From Spirochaetales bacterium (GTDB lineage Bacteria > Spirochaetota > Spirochaetia > JABEVK01): DNA of 64,000 nucleotides. Below are positions 1 through 10,603 of this stretch, one piece after another. The notes under the pieces are model-generated. The model ran no database searches, had not been told where the DNA came from, and was given only the letters and a program-made list of their open reading frames with translations. Made by a program: the position numbers and the translations under genes. Each line of letters starts with the position of its first letter. Position 1 is the first letter of the stretch. The stretch covers positions 32,001-96,000 of the forward strand of contig JBAXAI010000001.1 of NCBI GenBank assembly GCA_037142615.1, given 5' to 3'.

Positions 1-21
1 AAAACCTTCTAGCGTATCAAC

Positions 22-1110
22 TTAATTCGTCAAATGTTCAGGATCGACTTCTTCGATATCGATCAACTGGCGAATGGCGGCCTCGGGAGGAAGTTCCTTG
101 TTCAGGATTCGGTACACCACCGGGATAATCTCAATCTTGGGTTTGTATTTTTCGTACAGGGCCCAGGCGTGCCGTGCCGCCATCACGCCCTCGGGCAGGT
201 AGCCGATCCGGCTGATGTTGGCGATCAGGTCGTCGATCGAACTGTAGCTGTCGAGCAGGTTCTTGAGGATGATGTCGCGGCCGAAGCGGCGGTTTCGTCC
301 GAAGGGACTGCGACAGGTCACGTCGAGGTCTCCTACTCCGGCGATCGAGGTGAAGGTTTCGGGGTGCGTTGCCCCCAGGGCCTTGCCCAGGATCTGGATC
401 TCGTTGAGGCCTGCGGCCAGCAGCAGGCTCTCGGTGTTGTCACCGAACACCGGCGAGCGCTCCTTGAGCGCGTCCATGATGCCGAAGGCAATGGCCACCA
501 CGTTCTTGAGGGCCGCGCACACCTGCACCCCAACCACGTCCATCGAAGCGAACACCTTGAGTGTGCGCCCCCGCAGCAAGTTTCTGACTCGAATGGAGTT
601 ACGTGGGTTGGACGACGCAGAGATCAGGCCCGTGATCTTGCCTTCGACGACCTCTTCGGCATGGCTGGGGCCCGAGATGTACACCAGGTTGTTCTTGTAG
701 AAGCCGGGGAGGTAGTTCTCCAGGGTCTCGACGATCAACTTGGGCTCCGAGCCCCCTGGCAGGAACCCTTTTGCGAGCACGCTGATGGTGGCCCGTCCTT
801 CCTGTACGCAAGCCACGTTCAGAATGTCCTTCACCGACTGCAGGATGAAAAGCGAGGGCTGGGCGAGAATGAGGTACTCGCGCTCCTCGGCGGCTTCGCG
901 GATGTCAGCGGTGGCGATCAGGGTTTCGGGCAGTTTGACCCCGGGCAAATAGCGCCGGTTCTCGTGCAAAGTGTTCAGATCGTCTGCGTTGGCCGCGGTG
1001 TTGGTCCACACGACGACGGTCTGCCCCTTATCGGCGATGGCTTTGGCAATGGCGGTTCCCCAGGAACCCCCCCCGAGAACGGCAATGCGGGCGTCAGACA
1101 TGGTGCTCAT
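22..1110 (-). CDS. gpsA: NAD(P)H-dependent glycerol-3-phosphate dehydrogenase
   Basis: GGGSWGTA Rossmann motif, SGPSHAEEV, ALKNVVAIA, GDLDVTC..GRNRRFG; TAGAAT 6 nt before the ATG at 1110. Confidence 0.95.
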   Translation of the reverse strand: MSTMSDARIAVLGGGSWGTAIAKAIADKGQTVVVWTNTAANADDLNTLHENRRYLPGVKLPETLIATADIREAAEEREYLILAQPSLFILQSVKDILNVACVQEGRATISVLAKGFLPGGSEPKLIVETLENYLPGFYKNNLVYISGPSHAEEVVEGKITGLISASSNPRNSIRVRNLLRGRTLKVFASMDVVGVQVCAALKNVVAIAFGIMDALKERSPVFGDNTESLLLAAGLNEIQILGKALGATHPETFTSIAGVGDLDVTCRSPFGRNRRFGRDIILKNLLDSYSSIDDLIANISRIGYLPEGVMAARHAWALYEKYKPKIEIIPVVYRILNKELPPEAAIRQLIDIEEVDPEHLTN

Positions 1111-1171
1111 GCGGCCATTCTAGGGGCCAATGGTCGTTCCATCAAGGCAAGATTCGGATTACACTGACACC

Positions 1172-2545
1172 ATGGACCCACGCCGCAACCTCGACCGCCC
1201 TGTTTTCCTGGAAGTGTTTCTGCCGTTGTTTCGCCAACTCATCCAAAACGCCTGCATAAATACCGGTGAACCCGACTCGGGGCACGAAGACCGGAATATC
1301 GCGGTTCTGCAGGCGTACTTCGAACGCAATGGGTTGTACGGTGAGGTGTTTCATGCCCGCCCGGGCCGGGGAAACCTGCTGTTGCGGGTGCCCGGCAAGG
1401 ACCCGAAGGCCAAGAGCCTGATGTTCATGGGGCACGTCGATGTCGTTCCGGCCTCTGCCGCCGACTGGAGCGTCGACCCTTTCGCCGCCGAGATCCGGGA
1501 CAACCAGGTGTGGGGACGAGGCGCTGTCGACATGCTGTGCTGGACCGCCGCGCAGGCGGTGGGATTCGTCGAGGCCCTCAAGACGGCTCCCGAAGGTGGC
1601 TATCCCGGCGACCTCGTCTTTCTGGCTCTGGCCGATGAGGAAGCCTCGGGCCGCTGGGGCGCTCAGTACCTCGTGGCCAACCACTGGGACGCCGTCAAGT
1701 GCGACTACATGGTCACCGAGTTGGGCGGCTTTTTCGTCGATACCGAGCGCGGTCCCGCCGCCTTCTGCAATCTGGGCGAAAAGGGTGTGGCCTGGGTCAA
1801 ACTCACCGCCCGCGGCACGCCCGGCCATGGTTCCACGCCCTACCGCGCCGACAACGCCCTGCTCAAGCTCACCGAAGCGGCTGGGCGTCTGGCCCGTCGC
1901 AAGTTCCCCTTCCGCGCCACGCCGGTGTACCGGTCGATGGCCCGCACGGCGGCCCGGGGCCCCCTGGAACGCTGGGCCCTGAACCACGGCTGGGGGGAAG
2001 GTTGGGCCCTGGGCAGGGTCTTCGCGCGCGATCCTGGCTTGGCCCGCTACCTGCATACGGCGTCACGTACCACTGCGAGTCCCAACGTCCTGCGCGCGGG
2101 CGCCAAGGTGAATATCATCGCCGACCGCGCCGAACTGCTGGTCGACGTGCGCTGCGTACCAGGCACCACCCGCGAAAGCTTGAAGGCCGAACTCAGCCAT
2201 GTGCTTGGGCCGAGGCTTGCCCGCGAAGTGACCCTCGAGATCACCGATTGGTTCGAGGCCAACCTGTCCGAGAGTAAGTCCCCGCTCAAAACCGCCATCG
2301 AAAGCCTTTTCGCTGAGGCCCACCCGGGAGCGAGGTTGGCCGACATGGTCATCGGTGGCGTCACCGACGGCCGTTTCTGGAGGCCGCGAGGGACAACCGT
2401 ATACGGTTTCAGCCTGTTCAGCCGCCGCTTGACGATGGACGCCTTCGCCCAGCGCATCCATGGCATCGATGAGCGGATCGATCTCGAAAGCCTTTCGCTC
2501 GGTTTGGCCTTCTTCACCGAGTTGCCTGCACGCTTCTGGAAGTAG
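1172..2545 (+). CDS. M20/M25/M40 family metallo-hydrolase (peptidase/deacylase)
   Basis: GHVDVV, GRGAVDM, ADEE, GHGS, RIHGIDE metal-binding motifs; ATG 1172 chosen because TACACT lies 6 nt upstream. Confidence 0.9.
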   Translation: MDPRRNLDRPVFLEVFLPLFRQLIQNACINTGEPDSGHEDRNIAVLQAYFERNGLYGEVFHARPGRGNLLLRVPGKDPKAKSLMFMGHVDVVPASAADWSVDPFAAEIRDNQVWGRGAVDMLCWTAAQAVGFVEALKTAPEGGYPGDLVFLALADEEASGRWGAQYLVANHWDAVKCDYMVTELGGFFVDTERGPAAFCNLGEKGVAWVKLTARGTPGHGSTPYRADNALLKLTEAAGRLARRKFPFRATPVYRSMARTAARGPLERWALNHGWGEGWALGRVFARDPGLARYLHTASRTTASPNVLRAGAKVNIIADRAELLVDVRCVPGTTRESLKAELSHVLGPRLAREVTLEITDWFEANLSESKSPLKTAIESLFAEAHPGARLADMVIGGVTDGRFWRPRGTTVYGFSLFSRRLTMDAFAQRIHGIDERIDLESLSLGLAFFTELPARFWK

Positions 2546-2557
2546 TATCTTACCGGC

Positions 2558-3193
2558 ATGCCAGAAAAGACGCTTCTGTACGTGATGGATCCTTTGTGCG
2601 GCTGGTGCTACGGGTTTTCGCCGGTGATCCAACAGCTGCACGACGCGACCAAACGGAGAACCAGTTGGATGGTGTTTTCCGGTGGCATGGTGACCGGCGA
2701 CCGCGTGGCCCCCATAGGCACGCTGCGTGGCTTCCTCGAGCAGGTTCTTCCCCGCCTGCAGGCGACCACCGGGGTCACCTTCGGGTCTTCTTTTCTTGAC
2801 GGTGTTCTGGCTGAAGGCACAATGAGCCTATCGAGTCTTGAGCCGTCGCGTGCTTTGCAGGCGGTCAAAATCCTGGCCCCCGATCGCGCGCTGTCCTTCG
2901 CTCACAGTCTTCAGAAGGCGCTTTACAACGATGGTCTCGACATTACCCGCCTGGGGGTGCTCGGCGAACTGGCCGAGGCCGCCGGGGTGGAGGGCTTCGA
3001 GATCGAGTACCTCAAGACCGATACCCTCGACCACACGCTCGAGGAGTTTGCCCAGGTTTCCTCGTGGGGCATCACGGGTTTTCCCACGTTGCTCGGGCTC
3101 GAAGGCGACCAAGGCACCATTTTTAGCCGTGGTTTTTCGTCCTTCGAGCGCGTGTACCCGTCCGTCGAACGCTGGCTTGAACGGCAGGCCTAG
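2558..3193 (+). CDS. DsbA-family (thioredoxin-fold) protein
   Basis: YVMDPLCGWCYGF CxxC and GFPT cis-Pro motif. Confidence 0.85.
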   Translation: MPEKTLLYVMDPLCGWCYGFSPVIQQLHDATKRRTSWMVFSGGMVTGDRVAPIGTLRGFLEQVLPRLQATTGVTFGSSFLDGVLAEGTMSLSSLEPSRALQAVKILAPDRALSFAHSLQKALYNDGLDITRLGVLGELAEAAGVEGFEIEYLKTDTLDHTLEEFAQVSSWGITGFPTLLGLEGDQGTIFSRGFSSFERVYPSVERWLERQA

Positions 3194-3214
3194 GCTCAGG
3201 TACAATCGACCACT

Positions 3215-4275
<1,061 letters not shown>

Positions 4276-4279
<4 letters not shown>

Positions 4280-4998
4280 AGCTCCAAGGCGTCATTTTCG
4301 ACCTCGATGGAACGCTCGTCGACAGCGAGCCGAACTGGTACCTCAGCGACAAGGCCTTTGTAGGTCACTTCGGCGGCGTCTTCGACGAACAATGGCGCGA
4401 CCAGTGCGTGGGCATGGGTTCACGGGCGTTTGTCGCCATGGTCTGCGAAAAGTTCGGCCTGAAGCAGTCGCAGACGGAACTCGAGGCGCTCAAAGACCGC
4501 TTGTATTTGGATGTCGCCCGGGGCAAAACGACGGTTTACCCCGAAATGCTCAAGCTCGTGAAAGGGTTTTCTGCCCAGGGCATGCCCATGGCCATCGCTT
4601 CCGGAAGTTCCTTCCCCGTGATCGAGGCCATCGTGGAAGAAACCGGTCTCCGTCCTCTCTTCCAGCATTTGATTTCGTCGGACGAGGCGCAGCGGCCCAA
4701 GCCGGCGCCCGATGTCTTTCTTCTGGCGGCAAAACGGTTGGGGCTTGAGCCCCACGAAGTGCTCGTGCTCGAAGACAGCCAGTACGGCGTCGAGGCGGCC
4801 AAGGCCGCTGGAATGCGGGTGTGCGCCATTCCCTCGGCCTGGCCTGAGGGCGGCCGCGCCTCGCTGAGAAAGGCCGACCTGCTGTTTGACAAGGGGTTTG
4901 CCGAGTTTCAGGCCGAAACCGTGCTCGACTGGATCGACCGCACGTTTTGCCAGTGCGACGACTGCACCCTGTACGAAATGGGAGTCTGCCGCGACTGA
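4276..4998 (+). CDS. HAD-family phosphatase (beta-PGM/CbbY-like) with Cys-rich C-terminal tail
   Basis: FDLDGTLVDS, KPAPD, LEDSQYGV; ATGA overlap with the trpS stop. Confidence 0.88.
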
Positions 4999-5016
4999 AG
5001 CGTCAGACCTCCGGGC

Positions 5017-5763
5017 CTAGTTGCCGGGTTCGAGAACCTCGATGCTCGTGGCACCGCTGGCGTGCAAGGTCTTGCTCTTGGGGTTACCGGCGTACTTCAC
5101 CGAGCCCAACCCCGACGAATCGACCTGAAGGCTCTCGCTGGCGTTCACCAGCACTTCGCCCACGCCCGAACTTTCGACGACTGCGGTCTTGCTGACCAGC
5201 TCCGATGCGTCCACCTGACCCAGTCCAGACGACCTGACGTGCAGCACCGTGGCGCTTCCGCTTGCCGTGATCTCTCCGGCTCCCTTCTGCAACAAAGTCA
5301 GTTCCTCGGCTTCGACGCTGGCCTGAATGCTTCCCAGTCCTTCTAACTCCAGGGTCAGGGCCTTGCCTTTCCAAGGCTGGGAGAACTTGGTCGTTCCCAT
5401 TCCCGTCCAAACCAGGTGCGCAAAACCAGGGTCGAGATGGACCCGGAACTCCTGGGTGCCGCCTCCCGGCATGCCTTCGGCCGTTGCCAGGATGAGTGTC
5501 GTACCGTCGAGACGGGCAGACATCGAACCTGCCTTCCCGCTGTCGCTGGTCATCACCACTTCGTGCAAAGCAACCGAGTCATCGAAAATCAAGTCGGCGG
5601 CTCCCTCAACGCGGATGGTGTCGAAGGCTCCCACCTGGGCTGTCTGCCGGGGCGAGGGGGCAACTTGCGGACCTTGCTTGAGCCACGGAAGATCAAACTT
5701 GGCCTGGCAGGACAGGAAAGCGAACATCGACAAAACGGCCAGCGCCGCAACAACGCGTTTCAT
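5017..5763 (-). CDS. GIN-domain (DUF2807-like) lipoprotein
   Basis: signal peptide ending FLSC; repeated xSGxGxV beta-helix units; FDTIRVEG; GAGG SD before ATG 5763. Confidence 0.75.
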   Translation of the reverse strand: MKRVVAALAVLSMFAFLSCQAKFDLPWLKQGPQVAPSPRQTAQVGAFDTIRVEGAADLIFDDSVALHEVVMTSDSGKAGSMSARLDGTTLILATAEGMPGGGTQEFRVHLDPGFAHLVWTGMGTTKFSQPWKGKALTLELEGLGSIQASVEAEELTLLQKGAGEITASGSATVLHVRSSGLGQVDASELVSKTAVVESSGVGEVLVNASESLQVDSSGLGSVKYAGNPKSKTLHASGATSIEVLEPGN

Positions 5764-5790
5764 ATGCACCTCGCTCACTAGTTTAGCACA

Positions 5791-7683
5791 CTAACCTTGG
5801 TCTGCCCGGGACACCAGTTTTGTCAGCCATCCGAGCAGAAGAGCCTCGTGTTCCGGTCGATCCCCTTCGACATCGACGGCGACCCGGAAGACCGGTTCGG
5901 TGCCACTGCCCCGCATCCACAGGCAGGCCGCCGTTTCGCCCGACGAACGCTGAAGCAGAATCTTCAGGCCACCGGTCTGGCGTCCCGAACGCAACGAGGG
6001 ACCGAAACCGGGTTTTTCGGAAACCCCTTCGTAGTTGACCTCCGACCAAGTGGTCACCCCCAGTTCCTTTTCCAGCCGGGCATGCCAGGCTGGCCAGTCA
6101 GCTTGGAACTCGCGCTCGAAGTTGGCCTTCAAACGCGCCTGGTCGGTCGTTTTGATGCGCAAGACGGCCCTTGGCTCGTCTGCCGAAGTCGTTGTCCAAG
6201 CGGGGAGGGTAGCCAGAATATCGGCCAGCGACGCCTCGACTCGATAGGCTTGGGGCTGCCCAGAAGCAAGGCACCAGCGTTCAAACAGGCCCGGCGTGCC
6301 CGGAACCGACTTCAGTTGCAGCAGCTTGATGAGGCTTCCGAGCGTGCTCAGCGGGTCGCGCACGGCTCCGGGGTAAGTGATGTTGCCGCCGTTGGACCCC
6401 TCACCGAGGATTCGCACTGTCCAGCCGTCAGAGCGCAACTGTCGGGCCAAGCCCACCACGTTGGCCTCGCCCACTTCGGCCCGGAACACCTTGGCCCCGA
6501 AGGCGCGCGCGATGGCGTCGATGCGCAGCGAGGTTGGATCGTTGCAAACGACGGCGACCTTGGTGCCCTGCGCACCGTAGTACGAAAGGCCCGCCAACTC
6601 GGACAACACGCACAGACTGAAAACCTGCTGCGCTTCGAGCACCTTGGCCTTTTTGGTACGGGTGTCGTACCAGACCACGTTTCCCCTGTCGCCGTCGCAA
6701 TCCGGAACGTAGCCCAAAGCAAACCGCGGGTCGTCCTGGGCCAGCGAAGCCAGCGTGTCGCGGCACAAGTCGAGGGAAGCGCCCTCCGGAAGGATGCGGT
6801 GCACGATCTGCCGGGGTTTTTCGTTGAGGGCCTGCACCGTGACTCCCAGCGAGGTCAGCCAGGCGCGGTCGATGCTCACGCTGCGGGCCGAACCGTTGAA
6901 CTCAGCCAGAATCCCCAGTCCCATTTTTTCTACCAGGGCTTTCACCGTCGCCCGGCGCTTTTGCTGCAGGTCGGTGTCGACTGTCAGCGTGAAAATCGTA
7001 TCACACAGGCGGCTGTAGGCCTCGCGCGAGGCCTTTCGTGCCGCGGGAATACCCTCCAAAAGCAGGAGGAGCGCCGAGGCAGGGGCCGCCGACAGGTGCT
7101 GGAGCACCTGGGCCACGGTGTCGGGATCAGCCACGTCGGCCCGGTAGGCTGCAATCAGCGCCTGAGCCTTGGCACCGCCCACGACTCCGCCGTCGGCGAG
7201 GCCGAACTTCACGCCGTTGTGACCAATGGGGTTGTGCGAGGCCGATACGTAGATAAACCCATCATGCCGACCTGAGGTACCCACGTAGCCCATGATTTCG
7301 GGGGCTGCGACGATTCCAAGGTATTCGCATTGCGCTCCCATGGCCACCAGCACGCGCAGTACACGGTCGGCCACCATCGGGCCGGTGGGTCGGCTGTCGA
7401 GCCCGACGCAGATCCTTGGGTGCATGCTCCCGGTTTCTTGGGCCAGGAACCGGATGAAGCTCAGTCCCATAACTGCTGCCAGCACCTGGTCGTCCTGTCC
7501 CAGTTCCGGGGCGGCAGACTCCTCGCCTCGCGGCGCAAACACCTTGCGCCAACCCGACGCCGACAGGATCATGGACGCCAGCGCCCCTTCCAGCGCTGAG
7601 GAACTCGGTCTATATTGAGAAGGCAGAGCGTCGGGCACCGGAAACTCCAGCCCGGTTTCACGGTCGAGGAAGGGTGTGGTCAT
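5791..7683 (-). CDS. alpha-D-phosphohexomutase (phosphoglucomutase/phosphomannomutase-like)
   Basis: SASHNP phosphoserine loop, PDCDGDR metal loop, GEGSNGG, RGSGTEP. Confidence 0.88.
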   Translation of the reverse strand: MTTPFLDRETGLEFPVPDALPSQYRPSSSALEGALASMILSASGWRKVFAPRGEESAAPELGQDDQVLAAVMGLSFIRFLAQETGSMHPRICVGLDSRPTGPMVADRVLRVLVAMGAQCEYLGIVAAPEIMGYVGTSGRHDGFIYVSASHNPIGHNGVKFGLADGGVVGGAKAQALIAAYRADVADPDTVAQVLQHLSAAPASALLLLLEGIPAARKASREAYSRLCDTIFTLTVDTDLQQKRRATVKALVEKMGLGILAEFNGSARSVSIDRAWLTSLGVTVQALNEKPRQIVHRILPEGASLDLCRDTLASLAQDDPRFALGYVPDCDGDRGNVVWYDTRTKKAKVLEAQQVFSLCVLSELAGLSYYGAQGTKVAVVCNDPTSLRIDAIARAFGAKVFRAEVGEANVVGLARQLRSDGWTVRILGEGSNGGNITYPGAVRDPLSTLGSLIKLLQLKSVPGTPGLFERWCLASGQPQAYRVEASLADILATLPAWTTTSADEPRAVLRIKTTDQARLKANFEREFQADWPAWHARLEKELGVTTWSEVNYEGVSEKPGFGPSLRSGRQTGGLKILLQRSSGETAACLWMRGSGTEPVFRVAVDVEGDRPEHEALLLGWLTKLVSRADQG

Positions 7684-7743
7684 GGGGATTCTCCAGGAAC
7701 CATCCTAGCCCGATACGGCAGTTTCTGTCAAAAAGAGGTAGTT

Positions 7744-9198
7744 TTGTCGCTCAACTGGACCGAGATCGACCGCATTCTGGCCGAACTCCCTTGGGAGGGA
7801 AGTCAACTCCAGAGCGTGCGGCAGTCCGACTATCACCACTACTTTCTCGACTTCTACACCCCGGGACGAGCCTTCACGGTGGTGGTAGGTCTGTCGCCCC
7901 GGCAAACCCGCCTCCACGAGGTACGCCAGCGACCGCCCACGCTCAAACGTTCGCCCCGGTTCACCGAGTTTCTGCGGGCCCGCCTTGTGGGCGCCCACGT
8001 GGTTGCGGCCCGGCAACTGGGGCACGAGCGCATTGTTGAGCTTCGTTTTCTTCACGCAGAAGAGCCTCTGGTGCTCTGGATCCGGCTCTGGGGCGGTGCC
8101 GCCAATCTGCTTTTGACCGACGGGCGGCATATCCTTGACGCCGCTTTTCGTCGTCCCGCCAGCGGCGAGGTGATCGGCGGCCTGTTCGACCCCGAGGCCC
8201 AGTTGGCCTCAGCGCCGGCCCGGGCTGAGAAAGTGTTCACCGCGCGCGACTTTGCTGACGAGCTGGCAGGCGAACCCGGGGCCAGCTACAACCGACTTGT
8301 CGAACTCCACTACCGTTCGCTGCCGGCGGTGCAGGTGGAACAGCTTCGCGAACAGGCCCTCCGGCTGGTCGAGCGGCGTCAGGTGGCCTTGGCCCAAGCC
8401 CGCGAAAAGTCGCTGGCCAAGGCCAAGGACTTTGCCCGCAGAGACGACTTCAAACTCTACGGCGATGTTTTGACCGCTGACCTCTGGCGCATCGCCAAAG
8501 GCTCGGGCACGTTTGAAGGCACCGACTGGCGCGACGGCTCCGCCTTTCGGCTTGAGCTCGATCCGCGTCTGGCACCCCACGAGCACGCGCAGGTGTGGTA
8601 CAAGAAGTACCAGAAGGCCCGCGACGGCCAGCATTTGGTCGATGCAGAGTTCGCTTCGCAGGCCGAAGAGGAGGCCCGCTGGGCCCATTGGCTCGAGGTC
8701 TTGCCGACTCTGGACGCCGAGCCCCTGCAAGCGTTTCTCGACAAACACCGGGTGGTACGGGGCGAGCAGACGATCAAGAAAGGCGAGGACCGCCCCGGGC
8801 TGGAGTTTGTATCGGGCCCTTGGACCATCTGGGTAGGCCGCAACGCCCGCGAAAACGATACCCTGCTGCGCCGCTGGGTGCGAGGCAACGATTTGTGGCT
8901 GCACACCCGCGATGTTCCCGGGGGTTACGTGTTTATCCGCTTCCTCAAGGGCAAGTCTTTCCCTCTCGAGGTTTTGCTCGACGCCGGCAGTTTGGCGGTT
9001 TGGTACAGCCGGGCCAAGGGCGAAGGCCGCGCCGACCTTTACTATACGTCGGTGAAGTATCTGCGCCGCGCCAAGGGCGGACCTCTGGGCTTGGTTCTGC
9101 CCACCCAAGAAAAAAACCTCACCGTGGTGGTCGATCCGGTGCGCATGGAGCGCCTGATGCGGACCGGCGATGGCAACAGCTCAAAGGAGAGCGCATGA
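7744..9198 (+). CDS. NFACT/RqcH (FbpA-like) protein
   Basis: TTG start after AGAGG SD (MSLNWTEID); VGRNARENDTL, WLHTRDVPGGYV NFACT-R motifs. Confidence 0.88.
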   Translation: MSLNWTEIDRILAELPWEGSQLQSVRQSDYHHYFLDFYTPGRAFTVVVGLSPRQTRLHEVRQRPPTLKRSPRFTEFLRARLVGAHVVAARQLGHERIVELRFLHAEEPLVLWIRLWGGAANLLLTDGRHILDAAFRRPASGEVIGGLFDPEAQLASAPARAEKVFTARDFADELAGEPGASYNRLVELHYRSLPAVQVEQLREQALRLVERRQVALAQAREKSLAKAKDFARRDDFKLYGDVLTADLWRIAKGSGTFEGTDWRDGSAFRLELDPRLAPHEHAQVWYKKYQKARDGQHLVDAEFASQAEEEARWAHWLEVLPTLDAEPLQAFLDKHRVVRGEQTIKKGEDRPGLEFVSGPWTIWVGRNARENDTLLRRWVRGNDLWLHTRDVPGGYVFIRFLKGKSFPLEVLLDAGSLAVWYSRAKGEGRADLYYTSVKYLRRAKGGPLGLVLPTQEKNLTVVVDPVRMERLMRTGDGNSSKESA

Positions 9199-10574
9199 GC
9201 AGTTCAGTTTTGGGTCATACCGCCGGTTTGGAAATCCGGGACCACAAGGGAAAGTCTGTTCTGGCGCTCAACTGTGGCCACGCCAGTGATTCCCTGGAGG
9301 GTCTCAGGCTGGTGAAGGCCAGCCGGGGCAGCGGTTGGTTCTACCGCAGCGGGCACCTCGCCCCCTGGGAGACCAAGGGCGTGCTTGCCCACGAGGGTCA
9401 GCTGGTGGTTTGGGGCGAAACGGCTGGTTCGCTCGAAGGCCTGGAGCCCACGCCTTGGCCGCTGGATGGCCCCGATGCCTGGTCGCTGCAACGCACTCTC
9501 ATCGACGCCTGGACGGGCCTTGCTGCCCGCGGCGAACTGCCACGGCGTTTCGATCCCTCGGGGGTTTTGCTGGCGCGCGATGGCGAGGGCTGGGCTTTGG
9601 CGTTTGTTCCCCGCGATCTGGCGACTGTTCTCACTTCCGTGTTGCCTCGCGACATCCGGCAGACCTGGGAAGAGTTTCTTTATCCGGACGAGGGGCCCTC
9701 CTCGTGGCCTTTCAGCTCGATGGCTTTTTTGTGGCGCGCCGTCGAACAACCCTTGCCTTGGAGCCAGCCCGACGAAAGCTTCCTCAGGCAGGAAATCCGG
9801 GACCTTTCCAAGTCCCTGGGCGCCGCTGAACTTCCCTCCGGGCTTGATGAAGCTACCCAGGCGCTCTGGCTGGCCAGCGTGGCGAAGGTCCCGTCGACCG
9901 CTGAGCAGTGGGCCGCGTGGTCGAAGGCGCATCCAACCCCGCCCGTGGTTCGTCAACGCAAGGTCGATGCTTCCCGTGCCCGCTTGCAGGCCCGGGAATC
10001 CGGGCAGTTTTGGCGCCGCCGGGGCACTTTGGTGCTAGCGGTCGGCGGGCTCACGGCGCTGGTCCTTGTCATTGTCGGCTCTGTCGTGTGGGGAGCCTTA
10101 AAGCCTGATCCCACCGACAATTGGACGCCCCAGGCCGTGGTGCAGGGGTACTACGATGCGCTCGAGAACCTCGAGGTGACGGGGCTCGATAAACTCACCA
10201 CGGCCGAAGCTCGCAAGGGCCAAGCTGTGAGTCAGGACAGCGAGCTCACAACCAACCTCTTCGTCCTGATCCAGGTGCGTGTCAGCTACGAGCGGCAGAG
10301 TCCCCGGCTCAAGGCAGCCGACTGGGTGGCACAAGGCAAGCCCGAGCTCAAGTCCGGGCAAATGCTTTTTGGTCTGACGGATCTCAAGCTCGTCCAAATT
10401 GGCCCTTCCGACTGGAGCGCGACGTACATCCGGTGGATTTCCACCTCCGCGCCGACCGCTGGACAGGCGGCAGCTTCCCTCGGCGAAGCCCAGCACGATC
10501 TGCTGAAGCTGGAAAAAACCTGGAAGGGCTGGAAGGTGTCGTCGTTGCAACGTTCCCAAGTGCCCTTGCCGTGA
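9195..10574 (+). CDS. hypothetical single-pass membrane protein with possible pseudokinase N-terminal region
   Basis: ATGA overlap with the NFACT stop; one hydrophobic helix after WRRRG; degenerate kinase-like segments (see findings). Confidence 0.65.
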   Translation: MSSSVLGHTAGLEIRDHKGKSVLALNCGHASDSLEGLRLVKASRGSGWFYRSGHLAPWETKGVLAHEGQLVVWGETAGSLEGLEPTPWPLDGPDAWSLQRTLIDAWTGLAARGELPRRFDPSGVLLARDGEGWALAFVPRDLATVLTSVLPRDIRQTWEEFLYPDEGPSSWPFSSMAFLWRAVEQPLPWSQPDESFLRQEIRDLSKSLGAAELPSGLDEATQALWLASVAKVPSTAEQWAAWSKAHPTPPVVRQRKVDASRARLQARESGQFWRRRGTLVLAVGGLTALVLVIVGSVVWGALKPDPTDNWTPQAVVQGYYDALENLEVTGLDKLTTAEARKGQAVSQDSELTTNLFVLIQVRVSYERQSPRLKAADWVAQGKPELKSGQMLFGLTDLKLVQIGPSDWSATYIRWISTSAPTAGQAAASLGEAQHDLLKLEKTWKGWKVSSLQRSQVPLP

Positions 10575-10603
10575 ACGGTCACGCAGGGTTATGGTAGGTA
10601 TCC

